From contig NZ_ATHV01000041.1 of assembly GCF_000422205.1 (NCBI RefSeq), positions 1 to 24,000 of the forward strand: a DNA stretch of 24,000 nt, given 5' to 3'. Below, piece after piece: positions 9,571 to 16,349 of this stretch. Numbering within the stretch: the stretch's first letter is position 1; the number at the start of each line of letters is the position of its first letter. A model generated the notes under the pieces. That model did no database searches, was not told where the DNA came from, and was given only the letters and a program-made list of their open reading frames with translations. Origin of the DNA: Desulfovibrio sp. X2 (lineage in GTDB: Bacteria; Desulfobacterota; Desulfovibrionia; Desulfovibrionales; Desulfovibrionaceae). The position numbers were made by a program, and so were the translations under genes.

Positions 9571-12500
9571 TCAGGATTTCTCCGGCCCCTCCCCGGCTCC
9601 GCCCGGGGGGAGCAGGGTGCCGCCGCTTTCGCGCAGCAGGCGCAGGAAGTCCGGCCCGGGCATGGGGCGGCCGAAGAGGTAGCCCTGCGCGAACTCGCAG
9701 CCGAGCGCGCGCAGCGTCTCGGCCTGCGCCGCGACCTCCACGCCTTCGGCCGTGACGTGCAGCCCGAGGCTCGCGGCCATGGAGATGACCGTGCGCACGA
9801 TGGCCAGGTCGTCCCCGTTGTCCGGCAGGTGGCTGACGAAGGACTTGTCGATCTTGAGCCCCCGGATGGGGAAGCGCTTGAGGTAGTAGAGCGACGAGTA
9901 GCCGGTCCCGAAGTCGTCCACCGTGATCTGCGCCCCCAGGTCCCGGATGTCCCTGAGCACGGCCACGGCCTGCTCCACCCGCGACATGATCGCCGTCTCC
10001 GTGATCTCGAACTCGAGCAGCGCCGGGTCGAGCCCGGTGCGTTCGAGCACCCCGGCGATGTGCTCCACGAGCCCCTTCTGCGAGAGCTGGCGCATGGACA
10101 GGTTCACGGCCACGGCATGGGCCAGCCCCGCGTCGTGCCAGGCCTTGGCCTCCAGGCAGGCCTTCTCCAGGACCTGCTCGCCGATGGTCGTGATGAGGCC
10201 CGTCTCCTCGGCCAGGGGGATGAAGGCGTCCGGCTGGACCAGGCTGCCGTCCTTGCGCGGCCAGCGCACCAGGGCCTCGGCCCCGATGATCGTCCCGGTG
10301 GCCAGGTGCACCTTGGGCTGGAACCAGACCGTGAAATCCTTCTGCCCCACGGCGCGGCGCAGGCTGCGCTCGAGATCCAGGCGTGCGTGGGCGCGTTCGT
10401 TCATGGCCGGGGTGAAGAGCTGGCAGGAGTTCCTGCCCTGCTCCTTGGCCCGGTACATGGCCAGGTCCGCGTTCTTGAGCAGGGTCTCGGGCGTGTCGCC
10501 GTCCTCGGGATAAAGCGTGATGCCGATGCTGGCCGTGATGAAGAGCTCGTGGTGCTTGACCGTGAAGGGGCGGCGCAGCGCCTCGAGGATGCGTTCCCCC
10601 ACTGCCACGGCCGCGGCCTCGCTCTCCACGTCCTCCACCAGGACCACGAACTCGTCGCCGCCGAGCCGAGCCACGGTGTCCTGCTCGCGCAGGAGCCTGC
10701 GCAGGCGGTGGGCGAAGGCCATGAGCAGCAGGTCGCCCAGGGAGTGGCCGAGCGAGTCGTTGACCGTCTTGAAGTTGTCCATGTCCAGGAAAAGGAGCGT
10801 CAGGCGGGTGCCTGCGCGCTTGGCGTGCGAGATGGACACCCCGAGGCGGTCCAGGAGCAGCAGGCGGTTGGGCAGGCCGGTCAGGGCGTCGTGGTAGGCC
10901 TGGTGCTTCATCAGCTCCTCGGAGCGCTTGATCTCCGAGATGTCGTGGAACACGGCCACGAAGTGCGCGACCTGCCCGTCCTCGCCCCTGATGGCGCTGA
11001 TGGACAGCCATTCGGGGTAGGCCTCGCCGTTCTTGCGGCGGTTCCAGATCTCCCCCTCCCACTGCCCGTCGCGCAGCAGGTTCTGCCACATGTCGCCGTA
11101 GAAGCCCTCCTCGTGGCGGTCCGACTTGAGCACGCGCGGGTTCTGCCCCAGCACCTCCTCCGGCGCGTAGCCGGTGATGCGGCTGAAGGCCGGGTTGACC
11201 TGCAGGATCGCGCCCTTGGCGTCCGTGATCAGGATGCCGTCCAGGGAGTGCAGGAAGACCTCGGCCATGAGCCCGAGCTTCTCGTTGGCCGCGCGCAGCT
11301 CCGCGGTGCGCCCGGCCACGCGCTCCTCGAGGCGGACGTTGGCCTCCTGCAGTGCCTCCTCGGCCCGCTTGCGCCGCGTGATGTCCAGAAAGCTGCCCAC
11401 GATGCCCACGGGCACGCCCGCGGCGTTGCGGTAGGCGGCCTTGGAGAACAGGGCCTCCACCTGCCTGTCGGCGGCGTCCGGCAGGGCCATCTCGCTCACG
11501 TGCACCTCGTCGGGGTTCTCGAGCAGCATGCGGTCGTGCCTGCTCGCGATGTCCGCGATCCCTTCCGGGGCCAGGTCGTGGATGGTCCTGCCCAGGATCT
11601 CGTCGCGGCTCTTGCCGAAGAAGCGCTGGAAGGCGAGGTTCGTGCCTTGGAAGATGCCGTGCGCGTCCTTGTAGAAGACGGGCTGGGGCAGGGCGTCGAG
11701 GATGCTCTGCAGGAAGGCGATCTGGTCGCGCAGGGCGCGCTCGGCCTCGATGTGCAGGGAGATGTCGCGGGCCACGACGATGGCCCGGCCGTCCTTCAGC
11801 CGCTTGAACGAGGCCTCCACGGGCAGCGGGAGGCCCGATCTCCGCTTGAGGCTGCCCTGCAGGCGGCGGCTCTCCGGCGTGTTCGGGACGAGCAGGCAGG
11901 CGTCGGAGGGCGGGCAATCCGGGATATCGAAGAGCCCGGCCAGGCTCGGGCGCTCGGCCGGGCCCTTGCCCGCGCCCTTGCCCGGGGCAGGACCAAGGTC
12001 CGTCAGCATCCGGGCCATGGCGTTGGCCTCGACGAGGCGGTCCTGCTCGTCGAAGACGAAGATGGCGTCCGAGGCCTCGGCCATGAGGGTGTCGCGGGCC
12101 TGGCTGCTGCGCTGCAGCGCGTCCTCGGCCCGGGTCTCGCGCCGCGCCGCGAGCACGGCCACCACGAGGAGCACGAGGCTCAGCAGGACCGCGCCCAGGT
12201 CGAGCCGCATGGTCAGTTCGTGCAGCGTGCGCTGCGGCCTGCCCATGTCCAGGTGGATCTCGAAGACCCCGGTGAAGCGGCCGTCCTTGATGATCGGCAC
12301 GAAGGTCTCGACCAGGGCCTCGCCCGCCGCGCCGCCCGCGGTGGTGGCCTCGCCGGGCGAAAGGAGCCGGGCCGAGGGCGTGCCCCGGCGCAGGACGTCC
12401 AGGGTGGCGGGGGAGACCGCGTGTTCGTTCGGGTGCTCGCCCGGGGGCATGTACAGGGGCTTGCCGTGCGCATCGTAGATGCGCACCAGCGTGACGCCGA

Positions 12501-12789
12501 AGTCCTGCTGCAGGTGGCGCAGCGCGGCCGTGTTCTCGGGCGTGAGGCCGCCCGCCTCCCGTATCTCCTCCAGATGCAGGGGGTCGGCCATGTGGCGGGC
12601 GATCTCGATGGACTGCTCCTCTGCCCAGGTCGTGAGCAGGGTCTCGAAGCGCGGGGAGACGAAGAAGACGAGCGCGGCCGGGAAGAGCAGCAGCACGGCG
12701 ATGGTGGTCAGCAGGCTCGGGTTGCGCAACAGGGATGCGCGGGGCAGGGGGCTGCGCTGTGGCGAGGACGATGGCATTGCGCTGTGCAT
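9571..12789 (-). CDS. Membrane-bound sensor diguanylate cyclase/phosphodiesterase (TM, extracytoplasmic sensor domain, TM, 2-3 PAS, GGDEF, EAL)
   Basis: Domain motifs:
- GGDEF: YHDALTGLPNR and REQDTVARLGGDEFVVLVE, including an RxxD I-site exactly 5 residues before GGDEF.
- EAL: GAEALVRWP, DDFGTGYSSL, KIDKSFV, AEGVE, QGYLFGRP.
- PAS-like blocks, for example ILITDAKGAILQVNPAFSRITGY.
- Two TM segments flank a domain of about 150 aa.

Start is ambiguous between ATG 12789 (MHSAM) and ATG 12777. The track start at 13188 adds an Arg-rich shadow. Confidence 0.9.
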   Translation of the reverse strand: MHSAMPSSSPQRSPLPRASLLRNPSLLTTIAVLLLFPAALVFFVSPRFETLLTTWAEEQSIEIARHMADPLHLEEIREAGGLTPENTAALRHLQQDFGVTLVRIYDAHGKPLYMPPGEHPNEHAVSPATLDVLRRGTPSARLLSPGEATTAGGAAGEALVETFVPIIKDGRFTGVFEIHLDMGRPQRTLHELTMRLDLGAVLLSLVLLVVAVLAARRETRAEDALQRSSQARDTLMAEASDAIFVFDEQDRLVEANAMARMLTDLGPAPGKGAGKGPAERPSLAGLFDIPDCPPSDACLLVPNTPESRRLQGSLKRRSGLPLPVEASFKRLKDGRAIVVARDISLHIEAERALRDQIAFLQSILDALPQPVFYKDAHGIFQGTNLAFQRFFGKSRDEILGRTIHDLAPEGIADIASRHDRMLLENPDEVHVSEMALPDAADRQVEALFSKAAYRNAAGVPVGIVGSFLDITRRKRAEEALQEANVRLEERVAGRTAELRAANEKLGLMAEVFLHSLDGILITDAKGAILQVNPAFSRITGYAPEEVLGQNPRVLKSDRHEEGFYGDMWQNLLRDGQWEGEIWNRRKNGEAYPEWLSISAIRGEDGQVAHFVAVFHDISEIKRSEELMKHQAYHDALTGLPNRLLLLDRLGVSISHAKRAGTRLTLLFLDMDNFKTVNDSLGHSLGDLLLMAFAHRLRRLLREQDTVARLGGDEFVVLVEDVESEAAAVAVGERILEALRRPFTVKHHELFITASIGITLYPEDGDTPETLLKNADLAMYRAKEQGRNSCQLFTPAMNERAHARLDLERSLRRAVGQKDFTVWFQPKVHLATGTIIGAEALVRWPRKDGSLVQPDAFIPLAEETGLITTIGEQVLEKACLEAKAWHDAGLAHAVAVNLSMRQLSQKGLVEHIAGVLERTGLDPALLEFEITETAIMSRVEQAVAVLRDIRDLGAQITVDDFGTGYSSLYYLKRFPIRGLKIDKSFVSHLPDNGDDLAIVRTVISMAASLGLHVTAEGVEVAAQAETLRALGCEFAQGYLFGRPMPGPDFLRLLRESGGTLLPPGGAGEGPEKS

Positions 12790-12995
12790 CTCCGGGACTA
12801 CGGAAAAATGAGGACTGCCTCGGTGTATGTCAGGGACTTTCGGCCGACGCAAGGGCGGGCGCCGCCTCCCGTGCGTTCGGCGCCTCCGGGGCGCACCGGG
12901 CGCTTTCCCCTTGCCAAGGCGCCCCGCCTGGGGTAGAAGCCTCCCCTGTCGCTCGGAAATGAGTCGGCGCTGTGTCAGGTTTGTAACCCAACTGT

Positions 12996-13136
12996 ATGAA
13001 TATACTGAATATCCCGCTACGGATCGCCTGTCTGGCCCTGTCCGTGGTGAACAAGATGCTGGGCGGCGCGCTCGACCCCATCTTCGACACCGCGAATGAC
13101 AAGAGCAAAGACCGCCTCGGTTCCATCCGCGCCTGA
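12996..13136 (+). CDS. Candidate small ORF (46 aa), unknown function
   Basis: Below the track's size cutoff. Translates to MNILNIPLRIACLALSVVNKMLGGALDPIFDTANDKSKDRLGSIRA*. Hand count over the last 40 codons gives GC1 25/40, GC2 18/40 and GC3 35/40, a coding-like periodicity that favours the + strand. No clear SD before ATG 12996. An internal ATG at 13056 has GGTGA 5 nt upstream. Confidence 0.35.
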   Translation: MNILNIPLRIACLALSVVNKMLGGALDPIFDTANDKSKDRLGSIRA

Positions 13137-13229
13137 TCCCGGAGATCGACCCGATCGACCGACCCCGGCCCGCCGCCGCCCGCCGCACCGCCCCCCAAGG
13201 GCGGTCGTTCGCGTTTTGCGTGCGCTGCC

Positions 13230-13313
13230 GGTCTGCCCGAGAGTCTGCCTAATGGTCTGCCCAATGGGCTGCCCGACGGAGTGCCCGAGGCTTGGCCGAT
13301 GCCTGGCCTTCCG
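13230..13313. repeat. 12-bp tandem repeat array, 5 good copies plus 2 degenerate copies
   Basis: The units are GGTCTGCCCGAG, AGTCTGCCTAAT, GGTCTGCCCAAT, GGGCTGCCCGAC, GGAGTGCCCGAG, GCTTGGCCGATG, CCTGGCCTTCCG. Consensus is approximately GGTCTGCCCRAN. Confidence 0.8.
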
Positions 13314-13315
13314 GC

Positions 13316-13606
13316 CTAGCCGCCGATGAGCCCTTCGAGCTCCGCGAGCAGGACGCGGTAGGCGGGCTCAGGGCAGACCTTCTCGTCGACCTCGGCCGTG
13401 CGCGGGTCGTCAGCCTCGCTGATGACGCTCAAGGCCTCGAAGAGGCGCACCAGTTCATCCGGTCCGCGTCCGCCGAAGACCTTTTCCGCGAGGTCGGCGG
13501 CCAGATCGGGCGCATCCTCGGAGAGACGGACGGTCATGCCCGTATCCCCGAAGTCCAGATCGAAAGCTGCCAAGAGTTCCGAAGCGGCATCCTGTACGCT
13601 GAACAT
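13316..13606 (-). CDS. Hypothetical small, strongly acidic protein (96 aa), no family recognised
   Basis: This is the C-terminal end of the 499-aa track ORF. Sequence: MFSVQDAASELLAAFDLDFGDTGMTVRLSEDAPDLAADLAEKVFGGRGPDELVRLFEALSVISEADDPRTAEVDEKVCPEPAYRVLLAELEGLIGG. ATG at 13606 is preceded by AGGAAGTGGGGGGGC. It has about 22 D/E against 7 K/R. By hand count GC3 is about 80%, lower than the neighbours. The antisense ORF 13292-13663 has GC3 of about 72% and no usable RBS. Confidence 0.5.
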   Translation of the reverse strand: MFSVQDAASELLAAFDLDFGDTGMTVRLSEDAPDLAADLAEKVFGGRGPDELVRLFEALSVISEADDPRTAEVDEKVCPEPAYRVLLAELEGLIGG

Positions 13607-13734
13607 GCCCCCCCACTTCCTGTTGCGGGCCATTGTGGCAGATTCCGGACGGATACGCCATGAGAGAATGGCCGACGGTCGCCGGGCAGGCCTGTCGGCG
13701 GCCGGACGGAGGCGGGGCGGAACAAAGGCGCGGG

Positions 13735-15276
13735 CTACTTGCCGATGCAGAAGCCGCTGAAGACCTCCTCGAGCACGTCCGAGGCGCCGATCTCCCCGGT
13801 CACGGCGGCCAGGAGGGTGCAGGCCGCGTCCAGGTGCACGGCCAGGAGGTCGTAGGGCAGGGCGGCGTCTATGGCCCGGCGCAGGGCGCGAAGCTCCTCT
13901 GCGGCCGCCTCGAGGGCGCGCGCCTGGCGCAGGTTGGGCGCGGGCCGTCCGTCCGCGGCGGGCAGGCTCCCGAGCAGCCGCTCGCGGCAGCGCGCGGCGA
14001 GAGCCGAAACGCCCTCGCCGCTCCTGGCCGAGACGCGCAGGCTCTCCACGCCCAGGGCCGCCAGCGGCGCGGCCGGATCGTCCAGCCCTGATTCCCCCCC
14101 GAAGATTCCCGGCAGGTCGGCCTTGTTCAGGCAGGCCAGCACGCGGGCGGTTCCCACCTCGCGGCAGAGCGCCTGTTCGGCCTCGCCCAGGGGCCTTGCG
14201 CCGTCCACCACCAGCAGCACCAGGTCGGCCCCGTCGAGCAGGGCGCGGCTGCGCCTGACGCCCTCGAGCTCCACGTGGTCCTCGGTCTCGCGCAGCCCCG
14301 CCGTGTCCACCAGGCGGGCGGCCAGGCCGTGGAGCAGGGCGGTCTCCTCGATGTAGTCGCGCGTGGTGCCGGGCGCGTCCGAGACGATGGCCCGCTCGCG
14401 GCCGAGCAGGGCGTTCAAGAGGCTCGACTTGCCCGCGTTGACCGGCCCGGCCAGCACCACCAGCGCGCCCTCGCGCACCAGCCTGCCGCGCGCGAAGGAG
14501 GCGCAGAGCCCGTCGATCGCGGCCAGCACCTCGCCCGTCCCGGCGGCCAGCGCCGCGGACGGCAGGCATTCCACCTCGTCGTCCGGAAAGTCCACGGCCA
14601 CGCAGAGCTCGGCGCGCAGGCGCACGAGCCGCGCGCGCAGCTCCCTGACCTGCTCCCCGAGCGCGCCCGAGAGCTTCTGAAGGGCCTGGCGCGCGGCCTC
14701 GGCAGAGGGCGCGGCCACGAGCTCGGCCACGGCCTCGGCCTGGGTCAGGTCGAGGCGCCCGGCCAGGAAGGCGCGCTTGCTGAACTCGCCGGGCAGCGCC
14801 TCGCGCGCGCCGCACGCGCAGCAGGCGGCCAGGGCCTCGGCCAGCACGGCCGGGCTGCCGTGGCAGTGCAGCTCCGCCATGTCCTGGCCGGTGAAGGTGC
14901 GGGGGCCGGGCATGAACACGGCCAGGACGTCGTCCAGGGGACGGCCCGCGGCGTCGTGGAGGCTGCCGTGGTGCAGGGTGAAGGGCCGGAAGACGGTGAA
15001 ATCCTGCCGGGCCGGACGGAAGAGGCGCGCGAGCACGTCCCGGCTCGCCGGGCCCGAGAGGCGCACGATGCCGATGGCGCCCGCCCCTGGCGCGGTGGCC
15101 ACGGCGGCGATGGTGTCGGCGGAACCGGCGCCGAGCGAATCGGCGCCGAGCGAACCGGCGCCGACTGAATCGGCCTCGACGGCAGCGGTGTCGGCCGCGC
15201 GCGCCTCGCGCGGGCTCTCCGGGCAGGAGGGGAGAGGGGAATCGGGTGAGGGAAGGAGGGAGGATGTCCGGCGCAC
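13735..15276 (-). CDS. mnmE: tRNA modification GTPase MnmE (TrmE) with a 53-aa low-complexity N-terminal extension
   Basis: Contains DTIAAVATAPGAGAIGIVRLSG, the G-domain GPVNAGKSSLLNAL, DTAGLRET, NKADL, and the terminal FCIGK. It has a GTG start at 15276 with GGAG 7 nt upstream. There is no other in-frame ATG/GTG/TTG/CTG before the conserved DTIAA. Confidence 0.9.
   Translation of the reverse strand: MRRTSSLLPSPDSPLPSCPESPREARAADTAAVEADSVGAGSLGADSLGAGSADTIAAVATAPGAGAIGIVRLSGPASRDVLARLFRPARQDFTVFRPFTLHHGSLHDAAGRPLDDVLAVFMPGPRTFTGQDMAELHCHGSPAVLAEALAACCACGAREALPGEFSKRAFLAGRLDLTQAEAVAELVAAPSAEAARQALQKLSGALGEQVRELRARLVRLRAELCVAVDFPDDEVECLPSAALAAGTGEVLAAIDGLCASFARGRLVREGALVVLAGPVNAGKSSLLNALLGRERAIVSDAPGTTRDYIEETALLHGLAARLVDTAGLRETEDHVELEGVRRSRALLDGADLVLLVVDGARPLGEAEQALCREVGTARVLACLNKADLPGIFGGESGLDDPAAPLAALGVESLRVSARSGEGVSALAARCRERLLGSLPAADGRPAPNLRQARALEAAAEELRALRRAIDAALPYDLLAVHLDAACTLLAAVTGEIGASDVLEEVFSGFCIGK
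15121..15180 (-). repeat. In-frame 15-bp tandem repeat x4 within the mnmE 5' extension
   Basis: Plus-strand units are GGAACCGGCGCCGAG, CGAATCGGCGCCGAG, CGAACCGGCGCCGAC, TGAATCGGCCTCGAC. They encode VEADS VGAGS LGADS LGAGS. Confidence 0.8.
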
Positions 15277-15337
15277 GTTCGGGCTCCGTCGCGCCGCGGG
15301 GCAGGGCGGCGGAAGAGCCCTTCCGCCGCCCGTCGCC

Positions 15338-16315
15338 CTACTGGCGCTGCTGCTGCCCGCGCTCGCGGCGGGGCATGATCAGCACCCGCTTCATGGGGCC
15401 GTCGCCCTTGGAGCGGGTGGTCACGGTGGCGTCGTCCTGAAGCGCGAGGTGCACGACGCGGCGGTGGTACGACGAGAGCGGCTTGGTGCTCTGCGGGCGG
15501 CCGAGCGTGCGGGCCTTGTCCGCGAGATAGAGCGCCATCTGGCGCAGCTTGTCGTCCTGGCGCTCGCGGTACTGTCCGGCGTCGAGCTGGATCTTGACCG
15601 GCTCCTCCCAGCGCTTGGCCAGGATGCGCCCGGCCAGGTACTGCAGGGAGTTGATGGTCTGCCCCTCGCGTCCGATGAGCAGCCCCGCCGAGTCCTCGTC
15701 CTCGATGACCACCTTGATGCGGTCCTTGGTCTGGATCACGGCCAGGGGCTGCTCGCCCACGATGGGCTCGATGAGCCTGGTCACGATCTCGCGGATCACG
15801 GCCTCGAGCTCCTTGTCGTCCAGGGGGCGCTCGAAGTCGTCGGGCATGCGGTTGAAGTTCTCCTCGCCGCCCTCCTCCTCGTCGAAGTCCGCCTCGGCGT
15901 CCTCGTCGCGGCGGGCCACGGCCGGGGGCGCGGCCTCGGGACGGGCGGCGGGCACGGCGGCCTCCTGCCGCACGGCGGGCCGGCTCTCCTCGCGCTTTTG
16001 GGGCAGCGGGGCGGCCTCGGCGGCGGGCCTCGGCGCCTCGGCCACGGGAGCGGCCTCGGGAGCTGCGGGCTTCGGGGCCTGCGGGGCGCGGGGGGCGCGC
16101 TCGCGGCCCCTTCCGGAGCCGCCGTCCGCGCCGGGCGCGAGACGGGGCCGGGCCCGGACCATGGCCTTCTTCTTGCCCACCAGGCCGAAGATGCCCGACG
16201 AGCCGCCGCTGACGATCTCTATCTCGAGCTTGCCGCGCTCGAGGCTGAAGTGCGAGCAGGCCGCGTCGATGGCTTCATCGAGCGTCTTGCCTGTGAATTC
16301 CTTGTAGTCGCTCAT
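15338..16315 (-). CDS. jag: Jag/KhpB-type RNA-binding protein (Jag_N, KH, R3H) with a long Ala/Pro/Glu-rich linker
   Basis: The N-terminus MSDYKEFTGKTLDEAIDAACSHFSLERGKLEIEIV..GSSGIFGLVGKKKA is a Jag N-domain. The C-terminus has GREGQTINSLQYL (KH-like) and LSSYHRRVVHLAL (R3H). AAGGAG precedes the ATG. Its position between yidC and mnmE is canonical. Confidence 0.88.
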   Translation of the reverse strand: MSDYKEFTGKTLDEAIDAACSHFSLERGKLEIEIVSGGSSGIFGLVGKKKAMVRARPRLAPGADGGSGRGRERAPRAPQAPKPAAPEAAPVAEAPRPAAEAAPLPQKREESRPAVRQEAAVPAARPEAAPPAVARRDEDAEADFDEEEGGEENFNRMPDDFERPLDDKELEAVIREIVTRLIEPIVGEQPLAVIQTKDRIKVVIEDEDSAGLLIGREGQTINSLQYLAGRILAKRWEEPVKIQLDAGQYRERQDDKLRQMALYLADKARTLGRPQSTKPLSSYHRRVVHLALQDDATVTTRSKGDGPMKRVLIMPRRERGQQQRQ

Positions 16316-16349
16316 GACCGACTCCTTGTGCGCATCGCTGGTCGGTACG

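Noticed and set aside
13134-13136. TGA as selenocysteine or programmed readthrough, joining the 46-aa ORF to the repeat-encoded GLPx tail
   Set aside because: No SECIS-like hairpin follows the TGA. There is only a 5-bp GATCG/CGATC stem and direct repeats of GATCGACC. GC3 after the TGA is not above background. The idea is kept only as a pseudogene possibility in the findings.
12830-13264. 144-aa minus-strand ORF upstream of the GGDEF-EAL gene
   Set aside because: It shares third codon positions with the + strand 46-aa ORF but would have GC1 (45%) below GC2 (62%) in the informative part. Outside that part, GC3 drops to about 66% by hand count. The translation is low-complexity.
13292-13663. 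123-aa + strand ORF antisense to the acidic 96-aa gene
   Set aside because: It needs a TTG start with GAGG only 1 nt upstream. Its GC3 (about 72%) is lower than that of the opposite frame (about 80%). Its third positions correspond to the first positions of the minus-strand gene.
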